Below are positions 1-13,009 of a DNA stretch of 64,000 nt, piece by piece; the stretch's first letter is position 1; every line of letters begins with the position of its first letter. Source of the stretch: Octopus sinensis. Lineage: Eukaryota. Made by a program: the position numbers and the translations under genes. Location of the stretch: assembly GCF_006345805.1 (NCBI RefSeq), contig NC_043008.1, forward strand, positions 3,968,001-4,032,000. The letters are read 5' to 3'. The notes below the pieces were generated by a model, which worked only from the letters and a program-made list of their open reading frames with translations, was not told the DNA's origin and searched no databases.

Positions 1-294
1 GGTAGAGGCCTAGAACCATTAACACACGCGCCTGCTGAATGCAAGGAGTCAGAACTGAAACATCCGTGTTTGGAGGGGTTTTTTTTTCACAAATGCTCAA
101 TTAATTAATAACTTCATCAACTGTAAAATTAGTTTGTTTACAGCAGATAAAATTAATGATTGCATCAACTGCTACGCAATGTAAACCACATCAATCGTAA
201 CTCTGACAACATTCGGCAATGTAATGACTAATTCTTGCGACACTATCAACTACGTGAGACTATTATTTCCATTGCTGTGGTTGTTGTTGTTAAA

Positions 295-492
295 TGGTGA
301 GCCGGCAGAATCATTAGCACGCCGGACAAAATGCCTAGCAACATTTTGTCCGTCTTTACGTTCTGAGTTCAAATTTCGCCAAGGTCGATTTTACCTTTCG
401 TCCTTTTGGGGTCGATAAAATAAGTACCAGTTGAGTACTGGAGTCTATGTAATCAACTCACCCCCTCCCACCACCACCACCGAAGTTGCTAA
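295..492 (+). mobile_element. SINE family A copy (Nin/Deu-domain-like centre)
   Basis: tggtgagccggcagaatcattagcacg...ttctgagttcaaatt...cctttcgtccttttggggtcgataaaataagtaccag. The same sequence recurs at 14290, 17674, 27780(-), 36768, 44990, 53622(-) and 56296. The domain name comes from recalled similarity only. Confidence 0.8.
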
Positions 493-643
493 CCTCAGAG
501 CCCGCGAGTTTCCTGCGTTAATAAGTGTTAATGAACGAAACTCTCGGACCTTGAGTCACCCTGTTGCTTCTCTGCTACACATTGATTAAAATATACATAT
601 AGTCATATATGGAGTTCCATTTTCCTGTCTGCATCACCATACC

Positions 644-1812
<1,169 letters not shown>

Positions 1813-1813
<1 letters not shown>

Positions 1814-1890
1814 TCACGTGACCAACTAGACCATCAGATGTAGCTACACATCGCTGGTCACAATGTGCTTGCATTGTTTTAGCCTTCGAA
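1813..1890. repeat. Short interspersed-repeat fragment embedded in microsatellite
   Basis: atcacgtgaccaactagaccatcagatg...cattgttttagccttcg resembles a common octopus repeat end (from recall). Single copy in this window. Confidence 0.4.
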
Positions 1891-2439
1891 CACACAACAC
1901 ACACACGTATATATATATATATACATATACACGCATGCATACATATGTATTTACACTAAATAAGTAATAGGGTGCAGGATAGACCAAAAATTATTTTACC
2001 ATTAAATAAAACATACATATGTAATGGCAACACCTTTTTTTGTTTCACTGTGTGTGAGTATATTGTGTTTACTCCTTCAACGTGCACACAGCTGTGTGTG
2101 TGTGTGTGTGCATATACTGATGTATATACAGATATACATCAGCTTAGGCACATGTTCTAAACTTCTTTTTTTTTTCTAAACCACACATATCACAAAAATA
2201 TGCAAGGTACTTAGCTTTACACACACGCATACATTCCTGGATATACATCAGATAAAGAAAAAGAAAAAATTACATACATGTAAACATTTCTCCCAAAGTA
2301 AATATACACAGATGTGCACGAATATGTGTGTTAGCGGGTGTAGATAATCATGTAAGAAGAAGAGAAAGAAAAGAAAGAAGAGAGAGAGAGAAGCTTCATC
2401 TTTCTACTTATAGCAACGACTAATGAAATAGAACGAAGA

Positions 2440-2678
2440 TAGCTGTCCATATAAACAGGTGTTGAACACACCATGTTTGCTTATTTTTCTTTCTTGGTTC
2501 AGTCAGTTTAGTGAGTTTGTCTGAGAGAGAGAGAGAGACATGTGTGACGTCTCTGTCGAATCTACATTACCAGGCAGACTGGTTTCAGTACAGATTTCCA
2601 AAAAAACACACAAACCATTTCGGGGATCTAGCAACCAACACGGAATGAGCTGACGGAAACTTTGTCATCGGGGTAGGT
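2440..2678 (+). promoter_or_regulatory. Candidate promoter / first non-coding exon ending in donor GGG|GTAGGT (2672/2673)
   Basis: Unique, relatively CpG-rich sequence with TATAAA at about 2450, TCAGTC/TCAGTT initiator-like motifs at about 2499-2508, GA tracts and a donor-like site. TATA-Inr spacing is non-ideal. Confidence 0.25.
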
Positions 2679-2983
2679 GGGTGTAGGTGGGTGGATGGGG
2701 GCTCTTGCAGTGGAATTTTGCTCACTTTCGAAATGTGATTTTGTTATATGCCATTATATCCTGAGTTCAAGTTCTTTCCCATTCGGCTTTACCTTATCAT
2801 CCAACCTGGGTCAATCTTGTGAATTAATGGTTTGATTAAACTGACCATTCCTCGTCCACAAAAATCCAATATCTTTTAAGTCACTTGTATTTCTGGAAAT
2901 GTGTGAATAGTGGGGCAAAATATCAATATGATATTGATGAGTTTATATACGAATTATATGATGTTAAATATAGAACTTCTATG

Positions 2984-2986
<3 letters not shown>

Positions 2987-3026
<40 letters not shown>

Positions 3027-3368
3027 CTATATATGTGTGTGTGTGTGTATATGTATGTATATATATATGTGTGTGTGTGTGTATGTATGTATATGTACGT
3101 ATATATATGTGTGTGTGTGTGTATGTATGCATGTGTATGTATGTATATATATATGTGTGTGTGTATGTATGTATATGTATGTATATATATATATGTGTAT
3201 GTATGTATATATGTGTGTGTGTGTGTGTATGTATGCATGTATATGTATGTATATATATGTATGTATGTATGTATGTATATATGTATATGTGTGTATGTAT
3301 ATGTATGTGTGTATATATATGTGTGTGTATATATATATATATTATATGTGTGTGTGTATATATATATA
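2987..3368. repeat. Compound (TA)n/(TG)n/(TATG)n microsatellite
   Basis: Visible directly. Confidence 0.95.
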
Positions 3369-3779
3369 GGCACATGAGTGGCTGTGTGATAAATAGCTTG
3401 CATACCAGCCACATCGTGCCGGTTTCAGTCCCACTGCATGGCACCTTGGGCAAGTATCTCTTCTACTATAGCCTCAGGCCGACCAAAGCCTTGTAAGTGG
3501 ACTTGGTAGACGTAAGCTGAAAGAAGCCTGTCGTAAATATATATATATGTATATATATATATGTATGTATGCGTTTGTGTGTCTGTGTTTGTCCCCCATC
3601 ATCACTTGACATCCGATGGTGGCGTGTCTACGTCCCTGTAACTTGGTGGTTCAGCAAAAGAAATTGATAAAATAAGTACTGGGCTTACAAAGAATAAGTC
3701 CTGGGGTCAATTTGTTTGACTAAAAGTGGTGCTCCAGCATAGCCGCCATCAAATGACTGGAGGAAATAAAAGAATAAAT
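3369..3779 (+). mobile_element. SINE family B, full-length (tRNA-like head, CORE-like accttgggcaagt, internal microsatellite)
   Basis: gagtggctgtgtg...cagtcccactgcatggcaccttgggcaagt...ctatagcctcaggccgaccaaagccttg...aataagtcctggggtc...aaatgactg...aaaagaataaa; more than 10 copies in the window. Confidence 0.88.
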
Positions 3780-3784
3780 ATATA

Positions 3785-3991
3785 TATATTTAAGTATAAT
3801 TATAGAATATAATCATAATAAAGGGTGCTGAATTGGCAACACCTGAACACTAGAAATAGACACCAAATGGACTACTATTTCTGTTTGTAATAAGTGGTTT
3901 GTAGTCCATTTGGCATCTATTTCTAGCATACAGGCATTGTCAATTGAGTTCCCTTTATTATGATTATATTTTACAATTATACTTAAATATA
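3785..3991. repeat. Long imperfect palindrome (about 91-bp arms, 25-nt spacer)
   Basis: 3785-3875 is the reverse complement of 3901-3991 with scattered mismatches. Confidence 0.9.
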
Positions 3992-4523
3992 AATTAACCA
4001 ATATGGTCTTGTATGTTGGCTGGCCACTGATAAATCATTAAATAATGACTTTATCTTAATTACGTATAGATAGAGAGATAGATGGACGGATGGACAGACA
4101 CATGAAAAAATTGTTGTTGTTTAGCTCCTGGTTCTCCTCATCCAAAGCCTTGCCACTGAGACCATAAACATATCCTACATGTCATGCACTTCACTATTGA
4201 ATAGATCCATATCAATTGAAGAACTTGGTGTGAGTTAGAGTATTTGGCTGCTATTATTAGCATATTCTTGTCTGCCTGTGTATTTATGTATGCATGTGTG
4301 CACTTGCATATATGTGTGTGTATATATAATATATGTAGGTGTGCGTATATATATATATATATATTATATATATATATATATATATTATACAAAGAAGAAG
4401 TGTAATAGTATTTAGTTCTTATGATGCAGATTACACATTTTAGTATATATATATCTAAATGTATTTTCCAGTGTTCCAACAAAAATAAAATAATCAATAC
4501 ATATACAATTTATTCTTTTTCAG

Positions 4524-4617
4524 TTGACTGTGAATTTCATTGTTCCAAGCTTTATGCTTGTGGGTGTTTCTCCAGCAAACCAAAATTATAGCTGATGTTG
4601 TAAAGTTAATACTGATA
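4524..4617 (+). other. Candidate non-coding (5'-UTR) exon
   Basis: Acceptor tttattctttttcag (AG 4522-4523) and donor ATA|GTAAGA (4618) bracket 94 nt of unique sequence. Confidence 0.3.
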
Positions 4618-4625
4618 GTAAGAGG

Positions 4626-4834
4626 ACATTACTATATCAAGGGCTATTACTATAAGTAACACATGCTGACCATGAAATCATTAATGATATATGACTAAAC
4701 CTTTTTTTTAAAGGAACTTCTATGTTCATTCCCCTTATTTTGGTGCCTGTGTAGATTTATTGAAGTAGTTTGACTTTAGAGTCCCATTACAGCATGAGGC
4801 ATTACTATAGTAATAGCCCTTGATATAATAATGT
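4626..4834. mobile_element. Foldback/MITE-like element with about 35-bp terminal inverted repeats
   Basis: acattactatatcaagggctattactata ... tatagtaatagcccttgatataataatgt; inner catgctg/cagcatg is also inverted. Confidence 0.65.
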
Positions 4835-5069
4835 GTGTATGTATGTATATATATATATATATATGTATATATATCAGTCTTGGCTGTGTACTTAAGACAT
4901 TCACATCACTACTACATGGTCTTTAGCTTTCATCCCACTCTCTGGTACTGGCACAAGTTTCTTCTCTAAGCTTTGGGCGAACCAGTGCCTTAAGTGTGAA
5001 ATTTAAAGTTTGATTGATAAAAACTGTACAGCATCTTGCCAGCTTGAATGTATGTGTGTATGTATATAT

Positions 5070-5525
5070 TATCATCATCATCATCATCAACTTTTAATGT
5101 CTGCTTTCCATGCTAGCATGTGTTGGACAATTTGACTGAGGTTTGGCGAACCAGACTCCAATCTTGATCTGACAGAGTTTCTACTGCTGGATGCCCTTTC
5201 TAACGCCAACCACTTCGAGAGTGTAGTGGGTGCTTTTACGTGCCACAAGCACAAGGGCCAGTCAGGCAGTACTGGCAATGGCAAAGCCCAAATGGTGCTT
5301 TTTATGTGCCACCTACACAGGAGCCAGTCCAGTGGCACTGGCGACGACCTCACTCGAATGTTTCATGTGCCACCAGCACAAATGCTTGTAAGGTGACGCG
5401 GTAACGATCACGCTTGAATGGTGTGTTTAATGTGTCACCAGCACGAAGGCCAGCTTGTTGCTCTGGCAACGACCTTACTTGTATGGTACTCTTAGCGCTC
5501 CACTAGCAACGGATGCCAGTCACTG
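5070..5525 (-). mobile_element. RTE-LINE 3' end (family C) with (GAT)n tail and internal tandem units
   Basis: Homologous to the 3' UTR of the RTE copy at 8588-9804. Confidence 0.85.
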
Positions 5526-5531
5526 AGTATG

Positions 5532-5578
<47 letters not shown>

Positions 5579-6289
5579 TCATATTATATATGGGTGTGTG
5601 TAAGTATGTATGTAGCTGTCTTGATATCTTTATTGAAATATTGTATTAAACTTATGATTTACAATCGCACCATGTGACATGTTAATTATTGATCTCTCAG
5701 TTTAACACACAGAAATGTGTTGTCGATAAAAGTTGAATTTATTTTATCATCATTTAATTGCTGTAAGTAAATATTAATTTACCGTTAGCAAAACAATCTT
5801 TTTCTTTAGATTAGATTTTTCTTTTGTTTCTTTTTAATATTTAAGTAAATCAATTTTGAATGAGGATAAAACAATTTCAGCCATAAGTCTTGATTGAAAT
5901 GTTCGTTATCTTTTTTCATATCGGAAACATTTTGATGACACACACTTTATGTATTTATATCTACATTCACATATATGTCTACATATACATACACATATAT
6001 GTATGTGTGTATATATATATATACATATATATGCAGGTTTGTATATAGGTGTATAAGTGTGTATATATATATATATATATATATACATGTTTGTATATAG
6101 GTGTATAAGTGTATAAATAATATATATATAGTGAACACGCAGACATATATATATATATATGTATGAATATTTACACTCATACACATAATGAAAATATGAG
6201 TACATTTCATATTGTTTGTGATAACAATTGCAATTTACTGTATACGTACATATATTTGTGTATGTTTATACGTATGACTATATAAATGT

Positions 6290-6369
6290 TTGATTTCATT
6301 TCTTTCTTATTTTCAGGTAAGTCCATATCTTATGGCATTATTGTACAAAGAATATTAGATAAGGTAAAT
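6290..6369 (+). other. Juxtaposed 3'/5' splice site (candidate recursive-splicing ratchet point) with a 47-nt cryptic or UTR exon at 6317-6363
   Basis: ttgatttcatttctttcttattttCAG|GTAAGT, followed by a second donor AAG|GTAAAT at 6364. Confidence 0.5.
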
Positions 6370-7245
6370 GAAATTTTTCTTTTACTTCTTTTTTAGTAAT
6401 GAAAAGAAAATACCATCCATTTCACAGAAATATATTTCTCAGATATATATTTCAATATCTTGTTATCTGTTTTCTTGATAGAGACATATATGTACCGATG
6501 GTCTGTATGTGTGCGTGTGTTAGGGTGTGTGCATGTGTTTGTAGATGCTTATGCTTATATGTGAAACCATTTCTTGACATATGCCTATATGTTTTGAATA
6601 GGTGTATGCATGTGCGTATATGTATGTGTGTATGAGAGAGAGTGCATGTGTTCCAAGATTAAATTGGTGCATATATTATACATATATTCTATTTATTTTA
6701 CCTTAAAATTTCCACAATAAAGATTTGAAGCGAGTTAACTGAGAAATCAATCTTTATCATTGAAACTTAGACACCAATAACTGCTTATAATCATATGAAC
6801 TTTTATAATATCTTTCATATTTTTACTGTGCTAATTTTGAGATTGGTTTTACAGACTTCACAGTCCTGTTCTTATCTTTCTCAGATTACTTCAACTCTGC
6901 AATGGTACTATCTTACATTTGGCAGCATAACCAATTTCACAATTAATTATGAGCTCAATGTGACCCTATAATCCGAATATGAGAATAAAAATGTTTTGTT
7001 CTAAAACAATTTACCCATTCTCTTAATAAAATATTGATAATATAATATCCCCCCCCTCCACCGTCTGTAGGCCAGCTGACTTGTCATGTGAGTGCTTGGT
7101 TCATTTTATACCTGAATCAGCTGTTGTTTAGGCACAAGTCAGCACTGATGAACTTTGCACTTTCCATAACAAGTGTTTTTTAACATTTTTTATTAAGAGT
7201 GCCAACATATTAATTCATTCCCAATACCTTATTTTTATTTCATTT

Positions 7246-7435
7246 AACCCTTTAACATTTAAATCTGCTACATCAACCCAAAACATTCGACTTGTTTTAT
7301 GTTCAAACCAGCCTCTCCCACCTTGCCTCTCCCACCTACCCTACAATATCATTCTAAAAACAGAACAATCACATCATCAAAATCTTAAAGCTATGAGATA
7401 ATGCATGATTAATTAGAAATATTTAAATGCAAGTT
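7246..7435. mobile_element. TTAA-ended MITE family G (piggyBac-like end), partial
   Basis: ttaaccctttaacatttaaa...cctacaatatcattctaaaaa...; a homolog lies at 21660-21864. Confidence 0.6.
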
Positions 7436-8587
7436 GAAACACATTTGTCAATGATCAATGATCATTGTTTTGTCTTTTTAATCTGAAAATCTTTTGAGAA
7501 CTGTAGACAATAAAACAACTTGTATTTGAGAGTACAATTGTTCCTGTTCCTTAATACTCTCAAACTCTCTACCATTTTACCCAGTTAGACATGATTTACC
7601 TGCTTCTCATCATTCCATCATTCCTGCTCCTTCTCACCTGCCAAGTCCCCACATCAAAAATCTAATCTTTATTCTCAAACAGCCTTTCACTAGAACTGTC
7701 TCTCTTTTCCCTGCAGGGAACAAAATACAGAAATTCAAATTGAATATCAACATCATTGCCTTGATTAGTCTGGTGGCATCAAAGGAGTTTGAATTTTATG
7801 GGCACAACTTCTTCTCTTGGAGTCTAAAACATTTTAAAATTGACTCTGAGTGAAGTAGGGATCAGACTCAGAGGCACATCACACGTTCTACTGTTTTCTT
7901 ATACTCAAGAGAAGAGACGATGCAATGGTTCAAATGTCATTTTAGTTAGATTTGGAGGCATAATGAACAAGTTGTGTCTTGATATGAACATTTTTATAAT
8001 CATTAAATAAACCAGAAATTATTCAGTATTGAAGCGTAGTTGAATAATAACATTTTTGCTTTTGGTGAAACATGATTGAAGCTCTCTTTATGATTGTGTC
8101 ATCTGTGAATCTATTTGATTATCAAGCGTGATTCCTGAAGGTGAGAGAAAACAATGAGGAATATGAAACGTGGATTTCATGTCATTGGAAACACTTTATA
8201 ATAATAAATCTGAAGGAAAACTGATCAATAGTAAATCATTGTTATTGCTATTTATATTGTTTGATTATATACGTGGAACATGTTTAAGAAGCTATTGTGC
8301 ATAAATACTGTCAGTAAGTTGGAATATGTCTTTAAAACACATATCACCAATCCAGAAGCTTCAAATACTTGTTTTGTATGTAGGTTACCCAAACCCATAA
8401 CACAAGCATTTAGTAATCCTTCATGACAAATGTAGATGCCTCTAAAACCCCAAAGGGTGTTATAAAGGTGAATATTTTTTTCTGATTTCATAGTTTAAAT
8501 GAGCTAGAGATAAATAAGCCCTAAGATTGAACTCTGATCTTACCTATGTAATATTCTCAGAGATGGCCTCCCATTCATTCCAGACAA

Positions 8588-9804
8588 TCATCATCGTTTA
8601 ACGCCCGCTTTCCATGCTAGCATGGGTTGGACAATTTGACTGAAGACTGGTGAACCAGATGGCTGCACCAGGCTCCAATCAGATCTGGCAGAGTTTCTAC
8701 AGCTGGATGCCCTTCCTAATGCCAACCACTCCGAGAATGTAGTGGGTGCTTTTACATGCCACTGGCATGAGGGCCAGTCAAGCGGTACTGGCAATGGCCA
8801 TGCTCAAATGGTGTTTTTTGTGTGCCACCTGCACAGGAACCAGTCTAACAGCACTGGCAATGACCTCGCTCAAATGTTTTTTCACATGCCACCAGCATAA
8901 GTGCCAGTAAGGCGACGCTGGTAACAATCACGCTGGGATGGTGCTCTTAGCATTCCACTAGCACGGATGCCAGTCATCGAATTTGATTTCGATTTCGATT
9001 TCACTTACCTCAACAGGTCTTCACAAGCAGAGTTTAGTGTCCAATAAAGGAAAGTTACGCATAAGTTGGCTGGTTACACCCCTGGTATAGACCACAAAGT
9101 TATGGTCTCACTTGGCTTGCCGGGTCTTCTCAAGCACAGCATATTTCCAAAGGTCCCAGTCACTAGTCATTGCCTTGGTGAGGCATGTTTGAAGGTCATG
9201 CTTCACCACCTCATCTCAGGTCTTCCTCAGTCTACCTCTTCCACAGGTTCCCTCAACCACTAGGGTGTAGAACTTTTTCAAACAGCTGTCCTCATCCATT
9301 CTTGCAATATGACCATACCAGTGCAGTCGTCTCTCTTGCACACCACATCTGATGCTTCTTAGGTCCAACTTTTCTCTCAAGGTACTAACACTCTGTCAAG
9401 TTTGCACACTGACATTACACATCCATCAGAGCATACTGGCTTCATTCCTTGCAAGCTTACACATGTCCTCAGCAGTCATGGCCCATGTTTCACTGCCATG
9501 TAGCATGGCTGTTTGTATACATGCGTCATACAGTCTACCTTTTACTCTGAGTGAGAGGCCCTTTGTTACCAGCAGAGGTAAGAGCACTCTGAACTTTGCC
9601 CAGGCTATTCTTATTCTAGCAGCTACATTTTCAGTGCACCCTCCCCCGCTACTGACTTGGTCACCTAGGTAACGGAAGCTGTCAACTACTTCTAGTTTTT
9701 CTCCCTGGAATGTGGTGGAAGTTGTTCTCAGCCCATATTCAGTGTTTATTGCTCCTGAGCATTGGCCACATACAAAAACTATCTTCCTAGTTAGCCTTCC
9801 TTTG
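8588..9804 (-). mobile_element. 5'-truncated RTE-clade LINE: C-terminal ORF2 relic, 3' UTR and (GAT)n tail
   Basis: Translation EKLEVVDSFRYLGDQV...RIRIAWAKF...KGRLYDACIQTAMLHGSETW, then past stops RRLHWYGHIARM...GRGRLRKT*. These are RTE C-terminal hallmarks; in-frame stops show it is dead. Confidence 0.92.
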
Positions 9805-10789
9805 ATAAACAATGTGAATATGCCATAATAGAGAAGAAAGTAATCTTTCAGAAAAATTAGAACAATACACAACACCTGATCAGGTAATTCAATATTATAT
9901 CAATTAAGGTGGTCCTCATTTCCGCTATTTTAGATAACATTTTTTCGATCAAAATAAGGTCCTTTGTAAGCTACAAGTTCATAAGGCTAGTTTCCTGGAT
10001 TCTGTGGTGTATATTTACTTGCACAAGATGCTGGTCTATTATAAGATTATTTATTTTTGCCAGCCGAGTGGACTGGAGCAATGAACAGAATTCATGTTTA
10101 GTCCAGGAATCGAAACCACTAAGCTATGCATATTCTTTTTTGGTTTAAATTTCTGTGAGCTGGCAAAGTTTATTAAATGCTTCGTGATTGTCTGAAGAGT
10201 TATTCGTGTGAAACACAGCCCTTGCAAAATTACTTCTGGCTCTCTATGATCTGTATCCAAGTCCTGCTGAGGTCAACTTTGTCTTTCATCTTTCAAGGGT
10301 TGATAGAAATAAAGTATTAATGCCAAGCAACAGTTGATTAAATTGGCTGCAAATAAGGGGCAGGGTTCCAAAAGGCCATACAGTGTTGCTTTTTAACTTG
10401 TTTCAGGCAACTCGTGTAATGTCATTTGTGCCAAGCTATAGAGACCTTTGCCTTTTCCTTTACACAACATCAGTCATGTAAAGATGGGATATTTGCTGCC
10501 AGGGCACTTGCTTGTCTACCATACCACTCATGGAAGGCTTGTACCCTGGAGAGGAAACTCCAGTGTACCTTCACTGGGCTCCTACAACACAAAGAAAAGA
10601 AATCTTTCCAGTTGCAGATCTTATGATCTTGGGAAATCTACAGATGCCAAAGAAGATTGCTTTGAGACGGTTGTTATTGAATAAAGAAGTTCAAACTGGT
10701 TGGAGAGGAGGATTTTACTCGTTATCTCATTAGTAATTCATCAGCAGATTTCATCATTGTTGCTGTTATTGACGTTCACTAACAGTCAG

Positions 10790-10995
10790 TGAGGGACGTT
10801 GTCCATGGTTGCTTGATCTATTAGAAATAACAGCAAAAACCTCCTCAAATCATATCCTTATATCTTAGTAAGGGAAGGGCACGTAAGATAATGTGGTTCA
10901 CTATGCCTGTGATCCAGATTCATTGAAGTTTGGTGAAAAAAAAAATTATTGATCTGCTTGCTCAAGCCGACCTGGGGCTAAACAACAGCAATAAC
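10790..10995 (+). mobile_element. Ancient dispersed repeat family F copy (ends gacctggggctaaacaacagcaa)
   Basis: Motifs tagaaataacagc..aaatc..ctcaaatcac, gataatgt and ctggggctaaacaac are shared with about 20 degenerate copies. Confidence 0.7.
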
Positions 10996-11699
10996 TGAAT
11001 TTCCAGCTTCTAACTTGGGTTTCGTATTCTGAATTGCTTCTGTTCATTTTATTTCTCTTTCTCTTTTACTGAAAATGAAATTACTTATGATACAACGTTC
11101 AGTAAACAAGCAAAATGTTGTTATATTGGTATATGTGTGTGGTGTGGGGGGGGGGATGTGAGAACAGAATTTTAAAAAATAGTAAAAAAAAAAACAGAAT
11201 TTTGTACCAATACTGAGAAAACATAAAAGAATGCATAAATAAATATAAGTGTGTGTGTGTGTGTGTGTGTATCTAAGATGAAGAATATTTGAAAATTGAC
11301 AACAAAATATAAGGATCCTGTCTCTTTATTCCTTCATTGATTGGACTATGATTCCAGAGTAAGAAATTTTAGCTGAAGCCTGCTTCCAAAGCCCTCTGAC
11401 GCCAAATCTGCTTCATGCTTGTAGACATTAAACTTCTCTTCATTCTCAGTTTATTGACAATTATTTATGTTCCTTTTTCCTAATTTTTTTTATGAATTGT
11501 CTTCTTCCTCTTTACTTCCTAATATAATTTGTTCTTATTTGTTTCAAATGTAAAGATATCCCATCGAAGATAAAAATTATTAATTTACCGAGTTTAAATG
11601 AAAATAAAAACAAATGAAAAAGTATGCTGTAATATAGAAAAAATTAAAGCTAATTTAAGATAAATAAATGAGCAGGGGTAGAAAAAGTAGAGAAATAAA

Positions 11700-12200
11700 A
11701 TATATGGCGAGTGAGGGGAAGGATCTAAAAATTCTGACCCAGAGGATATAGATGATTGAACGGAGCAACAAATAAAATATCTGAGGGTGAGATAGAACTG
11801 CAGACAAACCGTTCCACCAATCCGCTGTGAAAGAAAATGTTTGAAATTGAAAGAGATAGTGAGAAGCCTTCTGATGTTTCTGGCTACGAAAATTAGATTA
11901 CAACTCGGAGCCTAAAAATCTGTAAATCAGAAGTATATTGAAATTTATTGATTATCTTTTGACGATAAGTTTACCAATCAATAACCACTGCATTAAATTA
12001 ATTATAACCCGTCCAGTGACGAACAGTATCGATCTGAAATGTTTATAAGTCTGGCTCCATTAAGTGATGTTGGATATAATATCAAAGCAAAAAGAATGAT
12101 TATAGGAAAGTAAATCTTCCAAATCTTGGCATTTGAAATCATGCAAAATAACTAAGCCAGAGTTGCTTATGAAATGAACTACAATAACACAAGTCAGACA
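11700..12200 (-). mobile_element. Heavily decayed CR1/L2-like LINE 3' end
   Basis: The minus strand reads SFTADWWNGLSA, similar to the WN.LP terminal motif; the rest is degenerate. Confidence 0.3.
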
Positions 12201-12547
12201 TTTATTGTTGAACAGACAGACATATCTTCACCTGGACGTGTCATCGGTGCATCTCATCTAACTTTCCAAACAGAATACTAACTATTTTTCTTATTCAATC
12301 ACTTGAAAATTAGTTCCTTATGAAGGACACAAATACAAAGTTTATTACTGATCACTGTTAACTCTTCATTCATTTCGTTTACAAAAATGCTTTATCATGT
12401 TAAAACTTTTAGAAACTACTGGAAGTTTGCTGTTTTAGCTAATGTATGTTTTTCTCCAATTTCTATGAGATGTATTTAATATATGAATGCTGTTTAAATT
12501 CAGAATATGAATTCTCTCTCTCTCTCTCTCTCAAATTTTATCATTGA

Positions 12548-12919
12548 CTAGCACTGTGACTCGGCAACGCCAGGTCATAGTGCTAGTGCATGCATATACA
12601 GCTGCGTGCGTGCACATATATACGTGAGTACTGTCCAAATCTCCAACCAATCACATACAGCTAGCTGGCATTCAGTTGGCGTATCAAGTTTCGGGCATTT
12701 TGATTGGGATTTGGATAGAAAATTCACAAAAAAGTCACTTCTATTGATTTTTTAATGGCTTTGCAGGGTGACTGGGGAAATGTAAAGATGTGCATGACCA
12801 CCCTGGGACGGTTTTGAATAACCATAGAAAGTGCGAGCCCTTTAACTGAAAAATTGTGGATTTGTATAAAGGACACACACACACACACACACACATTTTG
12901 CCATTTATATATATAGAGA
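12548..12919 (-). mobile_element. Non-autonomous Helitron
   Basis: The minus strand begins A|TCTCTATATATATAAATGG and ends in a GC-rich 39-nt hairpin (12548-12586) closing in CTAG|T. It is inserted in an AT dinucleotide with no TSD. Confidence 0.88.
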
Positions 12920-12971
12920 TGTTTGTGATAAATCTTTACATTATAAAAAAGTTTCATTCAGTCTGGAATGG

Positions 12972-13009
<38 letters not shown>

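Noticed and set aside
7560-7780. Possible CR1-like LINE 3' end (similar at about 26660-26830)
   Set aside because: Only faint motif resemblance; too decayed to support a call.
10397-10735. Acceptor-like tttcag followed by three overlapping short ORFs
   Set aside because: Stops in all frames and no recognisable protein; more likely an old retroelement fragment.
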